A stretch of 64,000 nt of DNA. Origin: Opitutales bacterium. Lineage in GTDB: Bacteria; Verrucomicrobiota; Verrucomicrobiia; Opitutales; UBA2987. Location of the stretch: assembly GCA_965226885.1 (NCBI GenBank), contig CBDDEL010000014.1, forward strand, positions 128,001 to 192,000, in the 5' to 3' direction. The notes under the pieces were generated by a model. It worked only from the letters and a program-made list of their open reading frames with translations, did not search any database and had not been told where the DNA came from. Below are positions 21,391 to 31,738 of this stretch, piece after piece. Both the position numbers and the translations under genes were made by a program. Position 1 is the first letter of the stretch. The number at the start of each line of letters is the position of its first letter.

Positions 21391-23207
21391 GAGGCTGTCC
21401 CAAAAGGGTGATTTTTGCGAGGGCTTTTGATAGGCGCTCATTTTAGAGGTATTTGCATTTGGGAGAGTATCAACTTTGCTCTTCTATGACGTTAGGATAC
21501 TGGTTTTGGGGTCCGGTTGCCTGGTTTTCTTTGTATGAGCCGACAGTACGGCTGTGAAAAAGTATTGTCCTTGCTTTTCCGCTCTCTAGGCCGCCGCTTT
21601 GGTTTTTAGTTCGTCTTGCTGGGCCAGCATCTTGGCTACTTTCCATAGGTTGTGCGAGAGTACCGACCAGGCTACGCTGATCGAGCGGTTGGCAAAGCCT
21701 TTGCTGCGCAACCGCCCGGCCTGCCAGCGATTCTTCAATACCCCGATCCGCCCTTCGGTGCTGGCCCGGCGCTTTTGCAATTGTCTGAACAGTGGTTCCT
21801 CCATCCGTTTTTTCAACTGCTTCGGATCGCGTGGACAGAGCGCGTCGTAGATTCCCTCCTGGGCTAACTGCCGGCGGGCCCGCTGGGAGGCAAATCCCCG
21901 GTCCGCGCACATGGCCGCTATGGGTTCTTCCAGGTTGAAGCGGTTCTGTCTTTGCAAACTCTCTAGCATTTGTTCATTTTCGCTTGGAGTTCGGCTGCCG
22001 TAGAGTTTCCAGTCCAGCAGGTACCCTTCAACGCTTTCTCCCAAAAACAGGGTGTTGCCGAACTCGACCTCTTGGCCCGCTTTACCTCGCACAATCACCT
22101 GCACATCGAGTTCGTAAACACTCAAGACTTTCTCTGCGTTTTTCACCTGGCGGCCGCCAATGATCCGCTCGTGCGCCTGTTTGATGACCACCGGGATTTG
22201 CTCGCTCATGCGCTCCATCCGGGCGAGGATCTGTTGGACCTGTTTTTCGCTGTAATCGCTTTGCTCCCAGCAGGCTTGCAATAATTCCCGGTGACTGCGG
22301 GCATGCTCCCCGATCCGTTTGAGCAGCTTTTTCATCTGCCTCAAGATACCCTTGCGCTGCCGCGCGCTGTCCTTTCGCCGCCGGCTGTGGGTCATCTGTA
22401 TGCACAGCCGATTCATCTGCCGAGCCAAGGGCTCCGGTTCGATCGGCATGCGATGGCGCAAACCGGCCTTCTCGCGGATCAGCCGGATCGCTTTGAGCAA
22501 CGTGCCGGCTACATCCTTGAGTAATACCCAGTCCGTCGGCCAATGAATGTTAGCCTCCAAACAGGTGCCGTCGATCAGGCAAATGGTGGTGTCAATCGGC
22601 TTGTCCAATCCCACCTGCCGGGCCAGAAGGGCATCGCCCACCACCTCAGTCAAGGTCCGGTGCAAGGCCCTCAACTGCTCTTCGCTGAAAAACTTCGAGG
22701 CCCGCTCCAGGGTGCTTTTGGAGATGCCCCTGATGCCATCGATCTGCCGGACACGGCAAAAGTCGGCCAACAGATCGCTGCTGCCCAGAGCCCGCGACAA
22801 ATGCCGAAACGAAATCCCTCCGAGCAGACGGCCCAGCGTATCCATGCGCAGTGCCTTGATGGCAAAACTGGCCCGCTGCCGCCGGGCCTTTAGACCCATT
22901 GGCGGCCACCCCTCCAAGGCCAGCTCAATGGCCTGCGATCCCACCTCCGAGTCGATCAGCAGCCGATCGATTCGATCAATGGTGGCGCGGAAGTTATCGT
23001 AATCGAGGCACCGGTCGACCACAGTTAAAGCTGGACGCAGGAGGCATTGGATGGCTATATTTTTCATAGAAAGGGCTATATTGATTTTCGCTAACTCAAT
23101 TATAGAACCCTTTTTTGGCCGGATCGAGCAAAAACTTGCTCTTTCCGGCTCTTTTTATCAACGTCATCCAGTTGACTATAAAATCTTTATATTTTTGGGA
23201 CAGCCTC
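21391..23207 (-). mobile_element. IS5-like (IS5/ISNCY) element type G, copy 1
   Basis: IRs GAGGCTGTCCCAAAA; TA on both flanks. Confidence 0.85.
21586..23067 (-). CDS. IS5-like DDE transposase
   Basis: DGTCLEANIHWPTD, GKA..VEFG, ADRGF, RASTEGRI motifs. Confidence 0.85.
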   Translation of the reverse strand: MKNIAIQCLLRPALTVVDRCLDYDNFRATIDRIDRLLIDSEVGSQAIELALEGWPPMGLKARRQRASFAIKALRMDTLGRLLGGISFRHLSRALGSSDLLADFCRVRQIDGIRGISKSTLERASKFFSEEQLRALHRTLTEVVGDALLARQVGLDKPIDTTICLIDGTCLEANIHWPTDWVLLKDVAGTLLKAIRLIREKAGLRHRMPIEPEPLARQMNRLCIQMTHSRRRKDSARQRKGILRQMKKLLKRIGEHARSHRELLQACWEQSDYSEKQVQQILARMERMSEQIPVVIKQAHERIIGGRQVKNAEKVLSVYELDVQVIVRGKAGQEVEFGNTLFLGESVEGYLLDWKLYGSRTPSENEQMLESLQRQNRFNLEEPIAAMCADRGFASQRARRQLAQEGIYDALCPRDPKQLKKRMEEPLFRQLQKRRASTEGRIGVLKNRWQAGRLRSKGFANRSISVAWSVLSHNLWKVAKMLAQQDELKTKAAA

Positions 23208-23768
23208 TATTTAGCTTCGTATCAAGGCCATGCCGAAGTGGTCAAATTGCTTCTGGAATCCGGAGCCGATGTGAATGAAGCCGATAAAGAGGGTGTTACA
23301 CCGTTATATAAAGCGTCGCAGTTTGATCGTGCTGAAGTGGTCAAGCTGTTGCTGGATTCTGAGGCCGATGTGGATAAAGGCGATAGAAGTGGCGAAAGAC
23401 CGTTATTTATAGCGTCGGAGCATGGCCGTGGCGAAGTGGTGAAGCTGCTATTGGAAGCCAAGGCCAATTTGAATAAAGCCGATAAAGATGGCAAAACTCC
23501 GCTCTACAAAGCGACGTATCGTGGCCATGCCGAAGTGGTCAAAGTGCTGCTGGAATCCGGGGCCGATGTGGATGATGCCGATAAAGAAGGCGTTACTCCG
23601 CTATATTTTGCGTCGTATCAAGGCCATGTCGAATTGGTCAAGCTGCTGCTGGAAGCTGGGGCCAATGTGAATAAAGCCCGTAAAAATGGCGCAACTCCGC
23701 TATTTATTGCGTCGCAGTATGGCCATTCAGAAGTCGCTCAGCTTTTAAAAAATCACGGTGCCGAATAA
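23208..23768 (+). pseudogene. Ankyrin-repeat protein, 5'-truncated by IS
   Basis: About six 33-aa repeats GxTPLYxASxxGHxEVVKLLLExGADVN; the start is replaced by element G. Confidence 0.9.
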
Positions 23769-23855
23769 TTTAGCCGTCAGTTCTGATCAAACAGGGGTCT
23801 CCGCATTCCGGCAGTTAGGTAGAAAAAGCTTCTGTCGAGGGCTGCTTGACAAATT

Positions 23856-23884
23856 ATCTGCGTTCATCCGTGTAGTCCGTGGTT
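23856..23884 (-). repeat. Dispersed intergenic repeat (ACCACGGA..ACGGATGAAC type)
   Basis: Reverse complement nearly identical to 49885-49913. Confidence 0.6.
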
Positions 23885-23950
23885 GAATTTATTTCCATTG
23901 GTAATCAGGGTTATGCGCGATGGTTTATTGGTTTTTTCTATTTAAATTAA

Positions 23951-25096
23951 ATGAGTCTCAAACTTGAATCGAAATTTCCCGGCGGCAATGCTCGTCGTTT
24001 ATCGCTGGTAACCGGGGACGATATGCCGGTGGTGAGCTTTGCGGCCGATCCTTGCCAGGGGCCCGAGTGCCTCTGGTTTTATTTTCGTCTGGTGGAGACG
24101 GCGCCGGTAACCGTCAAGGCGGAGAAAGTGCAGCTGGTTCTGGAGTATTTCGACAATCTTTTCGGCAGCGGTGATCCCATCCGGGTGCGGCCGGTTTGCA
24201 AGCACCAGAACAGGGATTGGGTGAGGATGAAACCGGGAAAAATCGATGTCAGCAAGGACGGGCGGCACAGTGTTTCCTGGGTCGTTGACTACCCCAATCC
24301 CAGCATGGAGGTGGCCGTCTCCTTTCCCTACGGGACTTTGGAAATCAAACAGATGGTGGGCAAAACAAAGGGCTACTGGCAGTCCGACACGATTGGCCTG
24401 ACGCAATCCGGGCGGCCCATCCAGCGATTGAGCAACCACTATGGAACGCCTGGCGGCAAGATGCCCGGCATCTACCTGGTGGCCCGTCAAAATCCTGGGG
24501 AGACGCCCGGTTCATGGATCCTCGACGGCCTTCTGCGGGAATTGGCCCGCACCCGCAACCAGCGCTGCCTGGTGTGGGTGATTCCCCTGGCCGACATCGA
24601 CGGGATTGCGCGCGGTGAATACGGCAAGAAAAATTATCCCTTCAACCTCAACCGCTCGTGGGGAGATTCCTTTTATAGGCACGAAACCCTGGTCATGCAA
24701 AGCGATCTGAAACGCTGGCAGGGACGCTGCCAACCGGCCCTTGGAATTAATTTTCAATCCCCCGGTATCTGCAACACCGAGGGCATTCACTGCTATTTGC
24801 CCGATGCGGAGCGTTTTGCCAACCTGCACAAACTCTCCACCGCCTGGGCCAACAACCTGGCCAACCGGATACCTCCAAAGTTTGCCGCCCCTGCCGCCAC
24901 TTTCAAGAAACCGGCTCCGCCACGGCCCGGAGGCCTCGAAAACGACTTCGTCTCCTATTGTAGCGAAACCTTGGGTAATTGCGCCTTGACGCTGTTGACC
25001 CCCTACGCCTTGGCGGGAGACAGTTTAATGTCCCGCAAATGCTACCGCGAAGCCGGCAAAGCCATCGCCCTGGCCATTCTGGACCGGTTTAAATAA
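23951..25096 (+). CDS. M14 zinc-carboxypeptidase-fold protein, predicted inactive
   Basis: WFYF, ARQNPGE, NLNR motifs of cytosolic-type M14; Zn ligands and catalytic Glu appear substituted. Confidence 0.8.
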   Translation: MSLKLESKFPGGNARRLSLVTGDDMPVVSFAADPCQGPECLWFYFRLVETAPVTVKAEKVQLVLEYFDNLFGSGDPIRVRPVCKHQNRDWVRMKPGKIDVSKDGRHSVSWVVDYPNPSMEVAVSFPYGTLEIKQMVGKTKGYWQSDTIGLTQSGRPIQRLSNHYGTPGGKMPGIYLVARQNPGETPGSWILDGLLRELARTRNQRCLVWVIPLADIDGIARGEYGKKNYPFNLNRSWGDSFYRHETLVMQSDLKRWQGRCQPALGINFQSPGICNTEGIHCYLPDAERFANLHKLSTAWANNLANRIPPKFAAPAATFKKPAPPRPGGLENDFVSYCSETLGNCALTLLTPYALAGDSLMSRKCYREAGKAIALAILDRFK

Positions 25097-25242
25097 AAAA
25101 ACCACGTCGCCCTTCAATCCTTTTATACCAACTCCTCCACAGCCGGAGGGGCTGGTCGGTTTTTTTGCATATTGAGATAAAAACAACGACTAGACAAAAC
25201 CTGACAATTTCAATAAAATGCCAAACTCGCTTTTTCAAGAAA

Positions 25243-25599
25243 TTACTTAATGGCTGGCATCAAATTACGTTTGAACCTTCCTGGCTGAATAAGATAGCCC
25301 AACGGAAATGGCGCATCTGCACTCCCTCCTTTTTGCCCTGCCCATTCCTCTGCCAAGGATTTCAATTCAGCGGCTGTAATTAGAGCGATAGTAGTGCCAT
25401 TTTCTACAAGATATTGCATCGCTATAACACTTGATTCATCAGTAAATGCGGGTCCGATCACCAAAAAAACGCCGACTTTTTTGTCCGCGTTGCAGATGTA
25501 ACCATCAAACTGGCTTAGGTGATCTTTTAGATTAACTTCCTTTTCTTTAGATTTGTTATCCCAAAAGATTAGCTTGTCTTGATATGAAACTACACCATC
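25243..25599 (-). pseudogene. C-terminal remnant of a PD-(D/E)xK (Mrr-like) restriction-endonuclease-like protein
   Basis: DG...WDNKS...QFDGY...FLVIGPAFT...LITAAEL pattern; cut by IS3 at 25600. Confidence 0.6.
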
Positions 25600-26923
25600 T
25601 GATGTGCACTGGAAAAAGTGGACACGAGATTCTCCTAAATGGAGAATCGAAGCATGGGAAGAAGACGCAGTATAGAGTTCAAAAATGAGGCAGTTCAACT
25701 GATGATACTCGATGGTCTGAGCGCCACCGAGGTATCGACCAAACTTGGGGTCAACACCAACCAATTGTATAGGTGGAAGAGGCTCTATCTGGACGATCAG
25801 CAGGGCGAAGCCACCTCAAAGCGACAGAGCAGTCCGAAGGAGATGGCGGCCGAGATAGATCGTCTTCGCAAAGAGCTGCGCCGCTCGGAGCGGATCAACC
25901 AGATACTAAAAAAAACGGTGGGCTACTTTGCCAAGGACGAACAATGAAGTACCAGTTTGTCAAAGACAACGAGGGGCGCTTCAAGATCGAGGAAATATGC
26001 TCGGCGATGGGGATTTGTCGCAGTGGCTATTACTGCTGGAGGCCCCGAGCGCCCTCGGCCCGGCGGATCGAGGACGAGGGAATCAAGGGGGCGATCCTGA
26101 AGGTACACAAAGAGGCCAAGGGCCGCTATGGGCATCGGCCAATGCACCGCCATCTGAAGGATGATGAGGGCATCGATTGCGGCCGTGACCGGGCTCTGCG
26201 TCTGATGCGTGAAATGGGAATCAAAAGCACCCAGAGTAAACGCTTTAAGCCATTAAAACCAACAGTAACCATCCCTATGGTTACAGCCCCAATGTGCTTA
26301 AAAAGCATGGCCAGCCGACCCATATCGACGAGGTCTGGGTGGCGGACACGACCTACCTACGGACCCTGGCCGGTTGGATGTACTTGGCCACGGTGATGGA
26401 CCTGTTCAGCCGACGCCTGCTGGGCTGGAGCGTTTCCAACCACAACGACGCGAAGCTGGTTGGCAAGGCCCTCAAAGCCGCGGCCATGACCCGCGGCACA
26501 CTGCGCACCGGGATTATTCATCACAGCGATCGGGGCAGCCCCTACGCCAGCGACGACTATCAGAGGCTGGTCTCTGAACTAGGCATGAAGCCGAGCATGA
26601 GCGCCCAAGGCAACTGCTACGACAACGCGGCCATGGAATCGTTCTACGGCCGCTTCAAGACCAGCACGATTCGAGGCCGCCACTTTGCCGACGAGCGCGA
26701 ACTGCGATCAACTGTCTTCGAATACGTGGAAATCTTCTACAACCGATATCGCAAACATTCCTCTCTGAGTTACCAAAGCCCAGTCCAATTCGAGGAAAAT
26801 ATTTGCCCCCCATGGGGGGCAACGAGAAAACAAAACCCTTTACCAAAACAAGCCGCCTGACACACTAATCAATAAACAATGAATATAAGAGAATCCCGTG
26901 TCCAACAAATCCAGTACACGTCA
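25600..26923 (+). mobile_element. IS3 type D copy 3; orfB frameshifted
   Basis: Both ends present; 3-bp deletion in orfA and 1-bp deletion near 26255 relative to 11585-12912; flanks unmatched. Confidence 0.93.
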
Positions 26924-27012
26924 TTTTTAGGTGTTTTTCAGGGTGTAGAGACACTGCCCCCTTTCCCCCATTGGTTCGGTAGTGCCGGGGGCAGCACCAA
27001 TGCACCCTTTAG
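26924..27012 (-). mobile_element. IS1380 type A right-end fragment
   Basis: Identical to the A 3' non-coding region, up to the transposase stop codon. Confidence 0.9.
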
Positions 27013-27758
27013 CCCGGATATTTCATGAAGGGTAAAGTTTGGCTCGTTATTGCTATTGGAGATGGATTTCTTTGTATTTTGAGCAGATCGTCTTGATTTT
27101 TAGGTGTTTTTCAGGGTGTAGAGACACTGCCCCCTTTCCCCCATTGGTTCGGTAGTGCCGGGGGCAGCACCAATGCACCCTTTAGGTTGGCACCAATCGG
27201 CGGGCCGCATGGTTGAAAAGACTGGCCCAAGGATAACTCTCACTTAGGTGAAAGTGAATCGTTCGGGTGTTGCGCACGATGACCGCTCCGATCTTGATTA
27301 ATTTGAGCCGCAGGGTGTGGCATTGGGCCCGCGCCCACTTCGTCCCTTTTAAGGCTAACCGGCGCATGGCTTCCATCAAGGTGTAGGCCAGCGCCGACAA
27401 GAGCAATCGCCACTGATTGGCCCACCATTGATGGGCGCTGGTGCGCTCGCTGAACAATTGCATCTGTTCCTTGATTCGGTTCTCCATTTCACCGCGGCCA
27501 CAGTATACCTTGTCGTAAAGCTCCTGGGGATCGCCCGGCAGGTTCGTCACCACGAAGCGCGGGTTGGACCCCTGTGCGGTGTGTTCGGCTTTATGGATGA
27601 CCAACCGCAGCCAGCGCCACGAATCGGCAGCATAGACGAAGTCCTGGAATAACCGTTGTTTTTTACCCCTTAGTTCGAACCATTCTTTGGCCTGCTTTTG
27701 CAACTGCTGGGCGTCTTGCTGCAAGCGTGCATTGCGAGCCATCCCCACGATGTAACTA
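27013..27758 (-). mobile_element. IS1380 type A copy 5, 3' half
   Basis: IRR plus transposase C-terminus (27182-27748); cut by element G. Confidence 0.93.
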
Positions 27759-29396
27759 GAGGCTGTCCCAAAAATATAAAGAATATAAAGATTTTATAGT
27801 CAACTGGATGACGTTGATAAAAAGAGCCGGAAAGAGCAAGTTTTTGCTCGATCCGGCCAAAAAAGGGTTCTATAATTGAGTTAGCGAAAATCAATATAGC
27901 CCTTTCTATGTTCTATGAAAAATATAGCCATCCAATGCCTCCTGCGTCCAGCTTTAACTGTGGTCGACCGGTGCCTCGATTACGATAACTTCCGCGCCAC
28001 CATTGATCGAATCGATCGGCTGCTGATCGACTCGGAGGTGGAATCGCAGGCCATTGAGCTGGCCTTGGAGGGGTGGCCGCCAATGGGTCTAAAGGCCCGG
28101 CGGCAGCGGGCCAGTTTTGCCATCAAGGCACTGCGCATGGATACGCTGGGCCGTCTGCTCGGAGGGATTTCGTTTCGGCATTTATCGCGGGCTCTGGGCA
28201 GCAGCGATCTGTTGGCCGACTTTTGCCGTGTCCGGCAGATCGATGGCATCAGGGGCATCTCCAAAAGCACCCTGGAGCGGGCCTCGAAGTTTTTCAGCGA
28301 AGAGCAGTTGAGGGCCTTGCACCGGACCTTGACTGAGGTGGTGGGCGATGCCCTTCTGGCCCGGCAGGTGGGATTGGACAAGCCGATTGACACCACCATT
28401 TGCCTGATCGACGGCACCTGTTTGGAGGCTAACATTCATTGGCCGACGGACTGGGTATTACTCAAGGATGTAGCCGGCACGTTGCTCAAAGCGATCCGGC
28501 TGATCCGCGAGAAGGCCGGTGTGCGCCATCGCATGCCGATCGAACCGGAGCCCTTGGCTCGGCAGATGAATCGGCTGTGCATACAGATGACCCACAGCCG
28601 GCGGCGAAAGGACAGCGCGCGGCAGCGCAAGGGTATCTTGAGGCAGATGAAAAAGCTGTTCAAACGGATCGGGGAGCATGCCCGCAGTCACCGGGAATTA
28701 TTGCAAGCCTGCTGGGAGCAAAGCGATTACAGCGAAAAACAGGTCCAACAGATCCTCGCCCGGATGGAGCGCATGAGCGAGCAAATCCCGGTGGTCATCA
28801 AACAGGCGCACGAGCGGATCATTGGCGGCCGCCAGGTGAAAAACGCAGAGAAAGTCTTGAGTGTTTACGAACTCGATGGGCAGGTGATTGTGCGAGGTAA
28901 AGCGGGCCAAGAGGTCGAGTTCGGCAACACCCTGTTTTTGGGAGAAAGCGTTGAAGGGTACCTGCTGGACTGGAAACTCTACGGCAGCCGAACTCCAAGC
29001 GAAAATGAACAAATGCTAGAGAGTTTGCAAAGACAGAACCGCTTCAACCTGGAAGAACCCATAGCGGCCATGTGCGCGGACCGGGGATTTGCCTCCCAGC
29101 GGGCCCGCCGGCAGTTAGCCCAGGAGGGAATCTACGACGCGCTCTGTCCACGCGATCCGAAGCAGTTGAAAAACCGGATGGAGGAACCACTGTTCAGACA
29201 ATTGCAAAAGCGCCGGGCCAGCACCGAAGGGCGGATCGGGGTATTGAAGAATCGCTGGCAGGCCGGGCGGTTGCGCAGCAAAGGCTTTGCCAACCGCTCG
29301 ATCAGCGTAGCCTGGTCGGTACTCTCGCACAACCTATGGAAAGTAGCCAAGATGCTGGCCCAGCAAGACGAACTAAAAACCAAAGCGGCGGCCTAG
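27759..29396 (+). mobile_element. IS5-like type G copy 2 (transposase 27915-29396 intact, right end lost)
   Basis: Left IR and 493-aa ORF; IS1380-A follows its TAG directly. Confidence 0.9.
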
Positions 29397-30962
29397 CCCG
29401 GATATTTCATGAAGGGTAAAGTTTGGCTCGTTATTGCTATTGGAGATGGATTTCTTTGTATTTTGAGCAGATCGTCTTGATTTTTAGGTGTTTTTCAGGG
29501 TGTAGAGACACTGCCCCCTTTCCCCCATTGGTTCGGTAGTGCCGGGGGCAGCACCAATGCACCCTTTAGGTTGGCACCAATCGGCGGGCCGCATGGTTGA
29601 AAAGACTGGCCCAAGGATAACTCTCACTTAGGTGAAAGTGAATCGTTCGGGTGTTGCGCACGATGACCGCTCCGATCTTGATTAATTTGAGCCGCAGGGT
29701 GTGGCATTGGGCCCGCGCCCACTTCGTCCCTTTTAAGGCTAACCGGCGCATGGCTTCCATCAAGGTGTAGGCCAGCGCCGACAAGAGCAATCGCCACTGA
29801 TTGGCCCACCATTGATGGGCGCTGGTGCGCTCGCTGAACAATTGCATCTGTTCCTTGATTCGGTTCTCCATTTCACCGCGGCCACAGTATACCTTGTCGT
29901 AAAGCTCCTGGGGATCGCCCGGCAGGTTCGTCACCACGAAGCGCGGGTTGGACCCCTGTGCGGTGTGTTCGGCTTTATGGATGACCAACCGCAGCCATCG
30001 CCACGAATCGGCAGCATAGACGAAGTCCTGGAATAACCGTTGTTTTTTACCCCTTAGTTCGAACCATTCTTTGGCCTGCTTTTGCAACTGCTGGGCGTCT
30101 TGCTGCAAGCGTGCATTGCGAGCCATCCCCACGATGTAACTAACTTCGTTGCGGTCGCACCAAGAGAGTATCCGGTCTCGACAAAATCCACTGTCGGCGC
30201 GCCAAATAATCCGCGTACGGGGCCAGCTTTGGCGAATCCGTTTAACCAGCAATTTGAGGATGGCCCCGGCATGCTTGCTGGCATCGATCTTGCTCGGCCG
30301 CAGGTAGGCCACCAGCAGCTGATCACCGCAAAAAACATATAGCGGCAGAAAACAGTAATGATCATAATAACCGTGGAAAAAACGTCCCTCCTGGAGCCCG
30401 TGCACCGGATTGTCGGTGGCGTCAAAGTCCAGGATGATCTCTTCGGGTTCCTCGGCAAAGGAGCCCATGAACTGTTCGACCAACAGCTCGCTTACCGCAA
30501 AGGCCGCCCGCCAATCCTGCCCGTTTTCAAAACGACACAAAGTCGGCGCGCTGGCCAACGTTTCAATGCGCCCCGTTACCGTTTGCAACAATGGATCTTG
30601 GCGCAGGGTATCAAAGTCGTTCAAATCCTCATAGCCCGCCACCAGCCCGTAAACGCGCTGCCGCAGCATCCCCAATACCTCATGGCGTACTTTGCCCTTC
30701 TGCCGTTTGTCCACTAACTGTCGGGCCGCTCGTTCGGTCAAGCCCAACTGCCGATCCACTTCCCGGATCAAAAGCAGTCCGGCATCCGAAGTAACCTCTC
30801 CGCCCTTGAAATCAACCCGCACACGGCGGCCTTTTACCCTTGTCAACTGTAGCTTTAATTGTTTACCTTTTGTCATCGCTGATATTGCTTTAATTATTGA
30901 TCTATCCTGCTGTATATCAGCAGTTAAGCATATCAACGATACTTTTTTACGAAATATCCGGG
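29397..30962 (-). mobile_element. IS1380 type A copy 6 (complete; transposase 29566-30876)
   Basis: Both IRs; CTAG/CTAG flanks. Confidence 0.95.
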
Positions 30963-31738
30963 CTAGCCCGGATATTTCATGAAGGGTAAAGTTTGGCTCG
31001 TTATTGCTATTGGAGATGGATTTCTTTGTATTTTGAGCAGATCGTCTTGATTTTTAGGTGTTTTTCAGGGTGTAGAGACACTGCCCCCTTTCCCCCATTG
31101 GTTCGGTAGTGCCGGGGGCAGCACCAATGCACCCTTTAGGTTGGCACCAATCGGCGGGCCGCATGGTTGAAAAGACTGGCCCAAGGATAACTCTCACTTA
31201 GGTGAAAGTGAATCGTTCGGGTGTTGGGTAGTGTATAAAAAAAGAATGTTATTCTGTATTTTTAGCTGTACAAATAGCGTTAGGCAGTTTATTCTTAGTG
31301 CATGGTTACTAAAATTATTAATTGTCGGCACTGTGGAAGTGAAAATATCATTAAATCTGGCAAGACGCCCAACCATAAACAGCGCTACCGCTGCCATGAT
31401 TGTGGTAAACAAAGCCGCGAAAACCCCACAGTGAAATACACCGAAGAGCAAAAAGAAATGATCCTTCGAGTCTATCAGGAACGCAGCAGTCTACGCGGTT
31501 TACAGCGCGCCTTCGGGGTGAGTCCCAACACCGTTTTGAGTTGGTTAAAAAAAACGACAATCGCTGCGACCGCTCAAAAGCACGATTCTTGCGGCCCGCC
31601 GCCATGATGTCATTGAACTGGACGAACTGTGGTCTTTTGTGGGGCGCAAGAGCGATGCCCAATGGGTTTGGATCGCTCTTTGCCGACGCACCCGTCAAAT
31701 CCTCTCCTATGCCATTGGGCCTCGGGATTGGTATCGTT

